The position numbers were made by a program, and so were the translations under genes. A stretch of 61,626 bases of DNA, filler included, from Thelocarpon superellum (Eukaryota), in the NCBI GenBank assembly GCA_026025795.1. It is 10 parts of 10 records of this genome, joined end to end, with 100 filler letters (N's around TTAATTAATTAA, not from the genome) between each part and the next. Parts side by side here need not be neighbours in the genome. Positions count along the whole stretch, not along the records: positions 1 to 6,208 come from JAPEUG010000686.1; positions 6,309 to 12,483 come from JAPEUG010000688.1; positions 12,584 to 18,718 come from JAPEUG010000689.1; 7 more parts are not named here. One strand, 5' to 3'. The notes beneath the pieces are model-generated. The model ran no database searches, was not told the DNA's origin, and was given only the letters and a program-made list of their open reading frames with translations. Each line of letters begins with the position of its first letter. The stretch's first letter is position 1. Below, one piece after another: positions 1-12,586 of the stretch.

Positions 1-925
1 AGCCATCAGCTCATCCTATCGCCAGAGCGATGATGTGCTGAAGGGCGACTGAAAATAAGATGCGTTGCCGGTAACCGATGCCTTCAGCGACTGCGGAGGA
101 TGACCGGGTGCGACAGGCCGAGCACTGTTCGCCGCGTCATTCCGTTCTTTGTCACGACCGCTTGCAGCTAGGCAACGCGCGAGGCCAATGGGCCCACCGG
201 CAACGGTTCGTGTTGCGCCCGGAAGGAGTTTGCTGAACGGCTGCGCCGCCTACCACTACTCCCGATTCGTATGAGTACGTACGGGTACGAGGCAGGGTAC
301 ATCATTCGCTTCCCATGTCTTCATGGGAAAGCGAGTACTAGAACGAGTACTCTGTCGTACCCCCCCCCAGCTGGAGCCGCGCTGTTGTAGCCGGCGCGGG
401 CAGCCGTGGCAGGCATTTCCGTAATCGTCTCGAATTCGTTGCACCCCCTGGCCTTGGCGCCACCACGGTCGCCCTGTCGGGACATTACACGATCCGCCGC
501 ACTTGGTCAACATCGTCCACTCATACCGCTTCCTTCATCGAGTCGTCTCTCTCCCCTCACTCTGATCTGTTCACGGTCCGTGGTGAGCCTTTCAAACGCT
601 GCCGCGCTCCCGACGTCGCCTCTCGTGGTCGAGCCCGCACCGACGCCTGAGGACGACACGACGCTCGCTACCATCTCCCACATCACCCATCATCCGACAA
701 CGTGGACCCTCTTCTCCCATTCTCCCAGTCACTTCCTGCGGACCCGTTCCTCGATCGACGCGCAACGCACTGCTTGTCCCCAGCCTAGGCCTGGGTGGTG
801 CACGCAACCGAGTAGGCCGGCCGACGTGGTACCGAATCTGGACCGAACGACGACAACCAGCACCACCACGACATTCCCCCAACGAGGAGTAACTTCTCCT
901 CATCCCGCCCCCTCTCCCACTCGTC

Positions 926-2505
926 ATGAAGGTCTCATCATGGGGCTCGCCGTCCTGGACGCGACTGCTCGTCAGCACTGTGCTCGTTGGTGGACGATGT
1001 AGCCAGGCAATTCAGCTCAACCTCAACGATCCTGGTAAGTCCCTCACGATCTACTTAGGGCCTCATCCGTATGCCAACCTCCCTTTCTCCCACAGGTTCC
1101 ATCAAGTCTGCCGCGAAGACAATCGCCGCGGGCATGTGGACCTATTACAACAACACCGAGGTGCCCGGTAACCTGCCACAACCCTATTATTGGTGGGAGG
1201 CCGGCGCCATGTTCGGCATCTTGATCGACTATTGGTTCTACACTGGCGACACCACCTATAACGACGCTGTGTCCCAGGGCCTGCAGTTCCAGGTTGGGCC
1301 TAACAGTGACTTTATGCCCCCGAATCAGACCAAGACGGAGGTAGGTGATGGACGTGCGCGACGCCTCCTCGCCAGAGTCGGCGCTCGTGTGTGCTTCTTC
1401 AACTAACCGCTCGCCTCACGACAGGGAAACGACGATCAAGCCTTCTGGGCCATGGCGGCCCTCTCCGCGGCCGAGAACAAATTCCCGAATCCCCCCGACA
1501 ACCAGCCGCAATGGCTGGCCCTTGCGCAGGCCGTCTTCAATGAGCAAGCGTCGCGGTGGGACAACCAGACATGCGGTGGCGGGCTACGATGGCAGATCTA
1601 TACTTTCAACAACGGATACAATTACAAGAACTCCATCTCGAACGGCTGCTTCTTCAACATCGCTTCGCGCCTTGCACGATATACGGGCAACCAGACGTAT
1701 GCCTTGTGGGCCGAGACCATGTGGGATTGGACCGGCGCCGTCGGGCTCATGGACCAGAACTATAAGTTCTACGACGGCACGGACACCACGCTCAACTGCA
1801 GTCAGGTGAACCACATCCAGTGGACCTACAGTGCCGGCACGTATCTTCTGGGCGCTGCCAACATGTACAATCTCGTTCGTCTCTCTTCCTCCCCTTTGCC
1901 GATCGATGCGGTGCATGGCTGACCCGGTTTAGACCAACGGCTCTGCCATCTGGCAGGAGCGGACCATGGGTATTCTGAATGCCACGTCAGTCTTCTTCAC
2001 CACCACCCCCCCCAACGTCATGTATGAGGTGGCGTGTGAGCCCAACGGCAAATGCGACGTCGACCAGCGCTCGTTCAAAGCCTACCTGAGTCGGTGGATG
2101 GCGGCGACAATGCAGCTCGCGCCCTTTACCGCAGAGTTCATCATGCCCAAGCTGCAGGCTTCCGCCAACGCCGCGGCTCAGCAATGCACTGGTGGCGCGA
2201 ATCAGCAGACGTGTGGTATCAAGTGGAACCTTGGCACCAACGATGGGAGCCCCGGTGGCGTCGGCGAGCAGATGAGCGCGCTCAGCGTCATCCAAGCCAA
2301 CCTGATCCAAGCCGTGACCGCACCCGTCACCAACTCATCTGGCGGCACCAGTAAAGGCAATCCCGCCGCCGGTGGCACCATCCGGGGGACGCCCACTGGT
2401 TTGGAGACCCAACCAGTCACCACAGGCGATCGTGTGGGTGCTGGCTTCCTGACCACCTTCATCCTCATGGGCGTCATTGGCGGTGCCTGGTGGATGGTTG
2501 TCTAA
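926..2505 (+). CDS. DCW1: GH76 mannan endo-1,6-alpha-mannosidase (Dcw1/Dfg5 family), GPI-anchored; 4 exons (926-1034, 1096-1340, 1425-1874, 1933-2505)
   Basis: Spliced product contains [21 protein letters not shown] (catalytic Asp-Asp, formed across intron 2), [23 protein letters not shown] and SFKAYLSRW. It has an N-terminal signal-like segment and a C-terminal hydrophobic GPI signal. Introns are GT..AG. Dcw1 versus Dfg5 paralogy is not resolvable by eye. Confidence 0.93.
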
Positions 2506-3296
2506 TCGAAGCGGAATCGCTTCGTCATTCTCGCCGCCACCTCCTCCTCGGATCGTCTCTTTCGACCGTTCGTCCAAGATCCCTTTGTGCTCTCCCACTT
2601 TTGCATACCCCGCGACATAGATGGTGGGCGGCGAGGCGTGGGTCAGGCTGGCCATCCTGGTCAGAGGATTCTCGATTTCGGTCTCACCGATCTCTCGTAT
2701 CCGTCCACCGGGTGACGGTCTTCTGGAGCATGGAGGGAATGGAGACGGAGAAATGGAGCGGCGATATTGGTGGGGTTCTCAGGCCCTCGCCCCCCCTGAC
2801 CCACGTCACTGTACCTACTATTTCCGCCAGCTGATGAGCCGCACGTGTCAGTGAACACGTGCTTCTGTTACGCTTCCCTTTCTACCTTTCTTCCGTACGA
2901 CGGTCTCTGGTGTTTGTTGGACGGGTGACAATGCTCTGTGCTGATCTTTCTTGCTTCATGGACTGGATTGTATTGTATTTGTGGACCAATGCCCACCTTT
3001 TACCAACCGAAATCAATGATGTCGGGCCGCACTTACCGCATATGTGAATCGTGAATCGTGATCGTGACTCGTGACTTGATACTACTACTAATAGTAGTCA
3101 ACGAGGGGCCTCGAAATGCCGCGGGTGAGCTCAATTCATCGGGAAACACTCAATGTCGTGACGCAAGGAGATGTATACAATCCCTATAATTATCATGGGT
3201 GGATCTGCGTACGTAAGATAACATTCATCAGAGGCCATGCGTCTTTTCTGCCTGATTGGCTGGTATGAAGTACTTTATCCTCTTTTCCCATGTATC

Positions 3297-3362
3297 ATGT
3301 CCTGTCCTGTCCTGTCGGATCCGATCCTATCCTATCCTATCCTATCCTGCCCCATCCTATCT
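3297..3362. repeat. Pentanucleotide microsatellite (GTCCT/ATCCT)n
   Basis: Tandem GTCCT and ATCCT units in the region between the converging GH76 and GH3 genes. Confidence 0.8.
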
Positions 3363-3439
3363 TGTCATACACTGTTGCATCTGATCCAAACCCATCCACT
3401 CGAATTCACTCCACTCTGGTCCATTGGAAACGTGCCTGA

Positions 3440-6208
3440 CTACCATTCAACACTCAGTGGCAAATCACGAGAACTGGTGCCGACGCGGAAAGTGAACGGC
3501 CCGCCGGCGGTCGGCATGATCCAGTTGCCGTGCTGGACATTCCAGTACGAGAGATCTCTGCGCGTGAGCGAGAAGGACAAATCCTTGCTTTCGCCTGGCT
3601 GCAGCTCGATCTTGTGGAAGCCGCGGAGCACCTTCACGGGGAAATCGACCGTTGTGGGGGCATCGCCAGCGCCGGTGCTGCTGTCGTCACGTGCGTGAGG
3701 CGATACGGTCGTCTCAGGGTCCAGCGGCTCGTTGGAGGGGAAGCTGGCGTAGAGTTGGACCACCTCTTTTCCTGCCACTGGGCCCGTGTTCTTCAGGCTG
3801 ACATGCACTTCCGCGTGGATGTCCCATAGGCTTGGGTTACCGCCTTCGCCACCGCCCGCGGGAGAGGGGTCCTCGGGAGTTTCCCATCCGTCCGGGTAGG
3901 GGTACGGGCCTCGTGCGGTGTCGTCCGTAGACTCAATGTACGGGTATATGTACTTGGTGAGCTTGCGGAAGCCGTCGGGAAAGAGCGCCTCAGTTGCTGG
4001 CGGAATCTCCTCACTGAAACTGGGCGGCTCCAGCGCGTCTGGTCGACGGGCTGGGAAGGGCGATTTGGCTTTCTTCGTCACGACGGAGATGTCGGACAAA
4101 TTGAAGGTCGTGTAGGAAAGACCATATCCAAACTCAAACTGTGGCGAGATGTCGTATTTGTCGAAATGCCGGTAATCGATGTACAGCCCCTCGTCAAAGT
4201 GCTGCTGTGGGATGGCCGCGTTGGGATAGTACATGATCTGGCCCGCTTCTCCGTAATCGCTCAGGCTCTTGCCCACGGTGTAGGGTAGCTTGCCGCTGGG
4301 GTTCACATCTCCAAACATGACGTCCATGAGCGCGTTGCCACTCTCCTGGCCGGGGAGGTTGGCCATGATCACCGCGTGGACCCCCGGGGAGTCGATCCAC
4401 CGATCCACCACCACGGGTCCTATGGCATGGATCACCACGATCGTTCTCCCCTTGCCACCACCGCATCCTCGAGCCACGGTCAACACCAGCCGTTCGCCTT
4501 GCTTTTGCACGTACAAATCATTACGGTCGCCTCGGATGCCACCTGACGCGATGAATCCCTCGCCCCCGTCGGAGTTCACAAAGACAAGACAGATGTCTTG
4601 GTGGGTGAGCATCCCCGGCGCCTGCTTGAAGGGGACTTTGTTTTTGTCAAAGGCCGTAAGCGCTACCTTATCGGGGTTGACCGTCGCTTGCAGCGCGTCC
4701 AGCGGCGTCACGAGATACGGGAAGTCGACCGCACCGCTTCCCCAACCCGAGGCCAAACTACGGACACGATCAGCAAAGCGGTACGAATTGGTGAAACCCC
4801 ACGGGATACTCACGTTCCCTGGTTGCATCCTCGATCGGGGCACGCATTCATCCCCTCACCCGGACCAGAATCTTCACCGAAGATGGCGATTCTGAGCTTC
4901 CTGAAAGGCTTCGGCTCCGCCCCTTCGGCCCACCCGTCGCGCTTCAGAGGTAGGATGCCGTTGACGTTCTTGACCAGCACAGTGCCCTCGGCCGCGATCT
5001 GCCTCGCCAGCTTGCCGTGCGAGTCTTCGCCCTCCCCTTGCGCGTTCACGAACTTGTTCACCACACCCTTGTCTTCGCAGTCGCTCCCTGGATGTAGCAG
5101 GCCGACTTCCTCAGTGGTCCACGAGGAGAAGTTAGGGCCGCCGTCCCCTTCGGGCGCCGGGGCCGACCACTTCGCTCGGTCATCCTGACCCAGCTGATAC
5201 CAGGCTGCGACAATGCGGGTGACCATGTCGTTGAGACGCGACATGGGCAGGGAGGTGTTCAAGGCAGCCCGCGTCAATTCCGCGCCCCACAGGGTCACGC
5301 CGTCCGCCCATCGTAGCCCGTCGCCCGGCATGGACATGTCTCTGTCATACGTCAGCACGATCCACATCCAAGCGGTCAGAGACGTACAAGCCAGCTAGTG
5401 CGCTCGCCACTCCACTGCGTTGAGCGAGCCAGTCCGACTGTACGAACCCTTGGAAGCCCAATTCGTCTTTTAAGATTCCATTCAAGAGCTTGCTGTTCCC
5501 GCACGCGTACCTTGAGTCGCCGTCAGCAGTCGAACATCAGGCAGCAGTAGGACGGAGCCTTACGAGTTGTTGACCATCTGGTATGAGCACATTACACTAG
5601 CCACGCCAGCCTTGATGCTGTCGGCGAACGGCCACAGGTACAGCTCATGAAGTGCTCGATCATCAATGTTCGAGGACATGGCGTTGGGCAGCGCCCATTC
5701 GTAAGACTGTCGAAAGTGCTCTTGTTCATTCAGGATGTAGTGTTTTGCTGTCTAAGGTCAGAGTCTCTGTCACGTTCACGAACAAGGGCCAAGGGCTCCA
5801 CGTACCCGTCGCCATGACACCTTCGTCTTGGATTCCCCGGATGGTTTCCGATGCCGCCACACCCTGTAAGACGGGGTCTGAGCCAAATCCTGACGGCGGA
5901 ATCCCGTCAGCCGGCTTTCTGCCACCGTTTTCTGGCCCCAGTGAGCGATCCGCACGCACCTTCCCAATTGCGACCACCCGCGGGCATCCGTCCCAGTGGA
6001 CCCATGGACGGGCCCAGGAGAACATTCACTCCTTTCCGCCGCGCTTCCACCCCGAGCGCTCGGCCCCGTTTATACATCAAGTCCCGATTCCACGTCGCGC
6101 CGGTCGTCAGTCCGGCCGGAAAGGCGGTGATGTTGTCGACAAATCGCAAGCCCAGCGGTCCATCTTGTAGGCAGAGGGCTGGAAACTGTACTCCATTGGC
6201 GGGACCTG
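3440..6208 (-). CDS. GH3 beta-glucosidase (BglE-like), multi-exon, 5'-truncated by contig end
   Basis: Motifs [45 protein letters not shown] (nucleophile Asp), [35 protein letters not shown] and [10 protein letters not shown], plus a C-terminal Fn3-like domain. Five GT-AG introns reconstructed. Confidence 0.95.
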
Positions 6209-6308
6209 NNNNNNNNNNNNNNNNNNNNNNNNNNNNNNNNNNNNNNNNNNNNTTAATTAATTAANNNNNNNNNNNNNNNNNNNNNNNNNNNNNNNNNNNN
6301 NNNNNNNN
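6209..6308. other. Artificial contig linker
   Basis: 44 N + TTAATTAATTAA (stops in all six frames) + 44 N. Confidence 0.99.
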
Positions 6309-6379
6309 AGGTGTCCGCACAAAGAGAAAGACAGGGGCAGAGAGAGTCAGAGATTTGCAGCCGTTCCGTGCGCATACGT

Positions 6380-9330
6380 TCATTCATAATCACTAGGGAT
6401 ATTCTTGCCGCTTCCCCCTCTCAGCCCTCTTCTCACGGATTGCTTGAGCTCGACGTTGTGAATCGCGCTCTGCAAGGCGGAGGTGAGACTGATGTGGAAC
6501 ATAGGCCTGCTCAGCCCATCCACGATGTGAAAGAGCGGTCGGTCGAGTCCGGAGACGACGGCCACCTTGGGTGATCGAATGACCGCGGCATAGGCGGTGG
6601 AGCTGGCGAGTTGTTTCTCGAGGTCCTCCGGGGAGATGCCCAAGTTGTCTGGGTCCCGATCCCATTCACCCAACACGGGTTTCAGTGTCACCCGCCCCGG
6701 TACGCTGGGCGCTTCGGAAACACCGATCGTCGTCTCCACTTGGATGCCTTGATCGGGAGGTCGGTCGAGCTGTGACAGTCGATGGCCCGATTCGAGATCA
6801 TCGCCTTCATCGACGCTCGAGAGCCGTCGATGAGTCCCTTTTTGAGAGACGCTGCTACTCTTGTCATCCAACCCGGAGACACGACGAGAGGATATCTCGC
6901 TTCCCCCGACCCTCCGCCGGCGTCGAAGCTTATCGCGTTCACGAAGTCCTGCCACGTTGGCTGCCGAGTTTACGCCTCCCATCTCCGCCACACTGAAGAC
7001 CGGCTTCCACCGATGGTACTGAGGTGAGTCCGGGGTCGGGTAGCCAAAGCCAGCATGCACCAGGGCGCGGCGGGTCCAGCGATTGCTGATACAGGCTATG
7101 TGCCACTCCAGACTGTCGGGCGCGGCCCATCGGTCCAGCTCGTTCCGCACGTCGACCAAATGCTGGATCGAGGTGACGTCGACGTGGTTCACGGAGGAGA
7201 AATCGAGGATGATGGATTGGAGGGTGGGGTAGTCTTCCTTCGCCTCTACTTCACCGAGTCGCGGGCCTAGATCATTCCACGGCCGGTCCTAGATGGTCGT
7301 TAGCGGGATGGACAGGCAGTCCTCGTGTCTGCGTCGACTTACCCCGATGGCTCCATAGCCGGCCGTATCGGTACGTCGAGTCGAGTTGTAGATCACCTGC
7401 GTCATGTCGTTCAGGTAGTGGCTCGCGTTGGGAAAGTTGAAGCCCTCGGAGAAGCGGTAAATGAAGATGCCCGGGTATGGCGATTCGACCTGAATGTCAG
7501 GATTCGATCCGTCCTTGCGATCGATGGGTAAGAAGACATTCCGCGCGGCCAAGTCGGGCCCATTTTTGTTCGGGAATCCCTCACGGTCGATCCTGCCGTG
7601 TTCTGGCATGAGACGGTCCCCAATGACGGTGTGCACCTTGACTTTGCCGAGGAAAGTCCCTCGGGCTTTGGCGAAGCGGAACAGCAGCATGGCGACCGAG
7701 AGACAGATGGTCGTGTAGATGCCGTCTTCGATGCTCGCAAAAACGGTCACAATGACGCCAGCAAAGAAGATGACGACCTCAAAGGGCGACACTTTCCAAA
7801 ATTGGTACACCGTATCTGGCGCGGTGATTAGATCGCCAACGGCGTGGATGATGACTGCAGAAAGAGATGCATTCGGGATGTAGAAGAAGACGGCAGGTAA
7901 TGCGTAGATCGACAGGAGAACGATGATGGCCGTGACTAGGCCGCCCCCAGGGGTACGAACGCCGGCTTTAGAATTGATCGCGGTGCGAGAGAAGGAACCG
8001 GTACCGGGATATGCGCCGAGGAATGCGCCCCAGACATTCGTCAACCCCGTAGCCACCATTTCCTGTGACGGATCGATCGCGTAGTGGTTGATGCGACCAA
8101 ATGACTTCGCGATGGCAATATGCTCGATGACCAGTACGATGACGCTCGGCGGCAGGCTGCTGGCGAAAGTGCGGATGATGCCGACGTTGATGGTGGGAAC
8201 ACCGGCATTCTGGAAGCCGCGAGGCACGTTCCCAAGGATGCTGAATAGAGGTTTCTTCTTGTGATTGCGATTCGCGAGCCAGCTGATCATGACGTAGAGT
8301 AGGATGACGAAGGCGACGCGGAGGGTTCCGATGAAAGTGAACCTCTTGCGGTGGTTCGGCCATCTCTTGGCGCCAAGATGACAAGCTATGCGGATGAGGT
8401 ACAGCATGGTCAGAGCCGTCAGGCCCATGGCGGCGTCCAGTTTCGTGCGGCCCAGATGCTTGAGAATATTGATGAAGACTTGGTAGGTCGCATCCCGCGA
8501 GTTGAAGCCAGTGATGCCCATCAGAGAAGGCACCTGGCCTACGGCGATGTTGATGGCCGAGCCCGTCATGAAGGCCGAAATGGCCGCCAGAGAGATGAAG
8601 TCGACAATCCAACCACAGCGGATGAGGCCGATGAAGAGGATGACGCTACCGGCCATGACGGCCAGCGCGGAAGCGATCACTTGAGGAGGGATGTCGGGAT
8701 TGGACTTCTTAGCGGCGAGGACGACATTGCCGGTGATGGTGGACATCACGGCGACAGGCTTTCAACCCGACCGTCAGCAGGGGCTCGGGCTTTGGGGCGT
8801 GGGGTAGAGCGACAGGCCCATGTAGGACTTACACCAATGGTGATATCTTTGGACGTGGCGAACATCCAATAGATCAACACGCCCATAAAGGATGAGTAGA
8901 GACCGTATTGAGGAGGTAGCTCAGCCAGAGAGGCATATGCCATTGACTGGGGCACGACAACCGCGCCGACGGTGATGCCTTCGGACCCGATGAGCTGGGA
9001 ACAGGAGAACAGACAGGTTCATGCCTCCTTACCTGCCACGACATCGCCCAGCGCCCACTTCCAATTATACCGCCGAGCCCAGTGGACGAAGGGAAAGAGG
9101 CTGACGACATAGCCGCGCACGTCCTCGGACGTGGGTGTGATCTCATGGATCCATTCCAACACCGTGGGCTCGCCGTCGACGCTGTAGGACTCGGTGGTGG
9201 TGAGGGACAAGGTCGATTCGCCTCGGGTGACACTTCTCGACGGGTCTTCGATTCGGTGCCTCTTCACTTGCTGAGGACTCAGGCCGATGCCCAGCACCTT
9301 GGCTGCGATCCTGCCCGCCCGGGGAGCCAT
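6380..9330 (-). CDS. SulP/SLC26 sulfate permease with C-terminal STAS domain (CYS-14/SB/Sul-like); 4 exons
   Basis: GDVVAG|ITVGAVVVPQSMAYA, PQYGLYSSFMG, FATSKDITIG|PVAV, EHIAIAKSFGR, GSFSRTAINSKAGVRTP, PGIFIYRFSEG, IILDFSSVNHVD. ATG at 9330. Confidence 0.95.
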
Positions 9331-11506
9331 GCTGGCTAAAGGAAAGCGCGACGACGCAAGGGAAATCACCACCGGATTACGAAGACAGTGATGAGCGCAG
9401 TGCTAGAGCAACAAGCCAGGCGGGAGTAGCGGGCCTGCTCCTAATGTACGAGAATTGCATGCAAACACAGTGTGGCCGCTCCATCACGACCATCGATGTT
9501 CGAAGTGATGGCCACCGCCATACTGCCGGTACGAGTTGGGTCCGCGGAGGTGGGAGGTTGGCAGGTGTGGCCAATGGCATCTCGCCCGCCCTGAGTAACC
9601 GGGCACACCCGAGCGATGAGCGGAGCAAACTGCATCACGACGATGTCGTGATCGCGGCACGTCCGCCCTCAACCCGTTCCTGCCAGACCGGGTTATGAAC
9701 AGCAACAGGGCGAGGATTAGCCAGCCGCTTCTGGGACTCCTCCGTCAGCCATCATTTGGTGTCCATCCAGCACGGAGTAATACCAGAATGACAGGGAATA
9801 ATAAGATGGCGGGATGAGTGCCCGGGGACGTCCATGACAGTTGGCTGGTGGGGACGTTGGACTGGTGTGGCAGTTATTCGTTCTGATAGGCAGGCGATGG
9901 GACGAGGCCCCCCGCCTCAGCCAATCACGCCGAGGATGGGGCGGAACTGTGCCTCACCCAGCCGCGTCGCTTAAGCGAGCAAGCCCGGCGTTGAGACCGC
10001 GCCACCCCCCGACGATCTACACAAGGTTCCATCCAGGACGCGTCCTTCGCTGGCCCGTGAGCAGCGGCGCAGGAAGTGCCCTGGGCGGAAAGCTTGTCTT
10101 CAGGTGGTCTCGCAATCGTTCTACGAACACGAATCGGGCGCCATTTTCCCCCCTCCAAGCAAGAAGACGGATGTCAGGGAGAGCCACCTCGATCGACAGG
10201 ACGTGCGGGCCGGCGGGGCTCGAAGTATGTCACGTTAGGTAACATGCCGCGCCGAGCCGCCCTCCTCCGAACGTTAACGGCCTACTGGTTGGAGGCCGAG
10301 TGCAAGCGAGGGACCCACCGACCACGGGAGACGAGCGCCCGGGCCCTCGGTGGACGTTGGCGCACGGCGTCAGCGCCTGCCGCTGTGCATAATCCTTGCA
10401 TTCTCTTCCGCTGCCGGGGTGGCCTGCTGCGAGCCCCGAAAATCATAGGACTATTGATAATGGACTGCCAATCAGCTAATTACATCGCCACGACGGCCGA
10501 GATTCTAGCCGAAGCGCGGAAGTTCCACGCATGGTGTCGAACCCTCGTCCGTGGCTTCGGGCAAAAGCGCCAACGGGCCCTTCCTGAGCTGTGCTGCCAC
10601 TCGCACGGATCCTCGTCCCGCCCGTTGATACGTGTCGCTACCGACGGAGTGTAGCTTGTTGCAAGCTACAGTGGATGTCTGATGACTGTGACGCTGACGA
10701 GATGTAACGGATAGGTCTGAGTGCGCGGATTGCGTAATACCATTAGATTCTCGGCCCCGCACGATCGTCCCTAGCGCTTGGATGGATCGGCGACCGTCAC
10801 CAGCCCCCGACCCGTGCTGTGCTACCCTGCCAGTTCGCAACGTGATGATAAGGAGGCTAGAGGCAACTCTTACCCATGACGGAAGCTTCCGCGACTTCTC
10901 GACACATCACGTCTTGGCAATCCAATCGGACAGTTCAGGTGCCCCAGAGGGCGGGGTACAAGGGTGTGCGGCCAGGAGAAAAGTGAGCAACACCCTTGAC
11001 GAGCAACGCTAGCCTCCATACGTAGTTCCTAACCATCTTTGCGAGTTGGATTCGTCTCAATTTATATGGGCGTGTGAAGAGCGCGCTCGTCGCCATCGCG
11101 GGTCTTTTGCGAACTCCTGAAGTAGGGACTGGATAACCTTAGAGTTGCAGGGTCAAGCCGAGATGCTCGCGCACTTGTGTCCCACTCTTCCATGAGGCTT
11201 GTTCACGTTCAACCATCTACCTCGAGCGACTACGACACGCTTCCGGAGATCTTGTGCCTGAAAGGGCTCTACCGGGGATCTCCAGGCCTTATCGTATCAT
11301 TCCAATCGTGAAAAGTCCTAACCGGCTAATTCCTGAGCTCTGCTCCTCGACAACCAAGTGTCGGGCTGGCGGCCCCCTTTATCTGTTCCACACTTAGATC
11401 TTTCCGTAGACGCTTGAACGCTCAAGAACTTCTGGAAGACCCTCTCGATTTGCACTCTCTTCGAACGCAGACTTCCTGTCTCCCTTCCCTCATGCCTAGA
11501 CTCCCC

Positions 11507-12483
11507 TCAAGCTAGGTATCCACCATCGCGCGGATCACGGTCGGAGCGATCGTTCCTGGCTGCTTCAGACTTTTGCAGCTCCGGGGTTGATACGATTCTC
11601 CGACCTCGCGGGCGATCTTTCAGCACTCGAACGACTTGTCGAATCCATTCGTCGTCGTCCTCCTCCTCCTCCTCATCGTCGCCGCGGACGGGTGGCAGAT
11701 CAAAGAAGTCTTTGACTGGTCCATTGAAATCCGGCACGCCGTGGTACATGTCGAGGTAGTGCTGCCACGGGTTCTGTTCCGAATATCCGGCCGCGGCGGA
11801 TTGCGAATAGAGCATCAAGCAGAAGACCGTGACTGCCACGAAGAAGTAGAAGACTATTTTATTGGATCGGACGTCGTCCGTCGGGCCCGTATTCGAGGTC
11901 CAGAGGCTGTACAGATAGACCCCAAGACCGATGATGTACGTACGAAGGGCGTAATTGAGAAGAAGCTTCGATCCGGAGATGCTGATGGCCGAGGCGATGC
12001 AGGGAATGGAGAAGTCGGACTTGGCATGCTTATACTTGTCCCCGCCCGTCATCCAATCGCGGATCTGCTTCGGTCGGACAAGCAGCCCCGAGGCATGTTG
12101 CTGGTTGGCGGCATAGTAGACGGCGAAGAAGCCGCAGATCGAACTGAAGATCCACATCGCACGGGCGAGCCAAAAGATCTCAAAGACTTTGTCTAAGAGC
12201 AGCGACGTGGTGGCGATGAGCGCGATGATTGTTCCCTTGGCCTGTCAGTCGCCGTGATGCGGGCTACAGCCTCTACCAGAGGACTTACCGAAAGCGCGGT
12301 GATGGAGATCTCCGCATCTTGAAGGCCCCTGAACTTCTCCAGGCCCGCGTCTGGTCCCACGAGAAGGTCGAATTGAACGCGCCAGACATGGGAGCTCTCA
12401 AATAGTATCAAAGGCACGGTTCCGAAGCCGTACATCGTCCACCAACATTGCCATTGGCCGAGCCACGCGACGTTCACGAAGGT
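11507..12483 (-). CDS. Hypothetical multi-pass membrane protein, 5'-truncated
   Basis: Two ORFs join in frame through a GTAAGT..CTGACAG intron (about 12242-12288). About four hydrophobic segments and an acidic tail. No family recognised. Confidence 0.65.
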
Positions 12484-12583
12484 NNNNNNNNNNNNNNNNN
12501 NNNNNNNNNNNNNNNNNNNNNNNNNNNTTAATTAATTAANNNNNNNNNNNNNNNNNNNNNNNNNNNNNNNNNNNNNNNNNNNN
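12484..12583. other. Artificial contig linker
   Basis: 44 N + TTAATTAATTAA + 44 N. Confidence 0.99.
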
Positions 12584-12586
12584 ATC

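Noticed and set aside
6253..6264. Regularly spaced TTAATTAATTAA repeats as a CRISPR-like or biological repeat
   Set aside because: Always embedded in exactly 44+44 Ns; this is an assembly linker.
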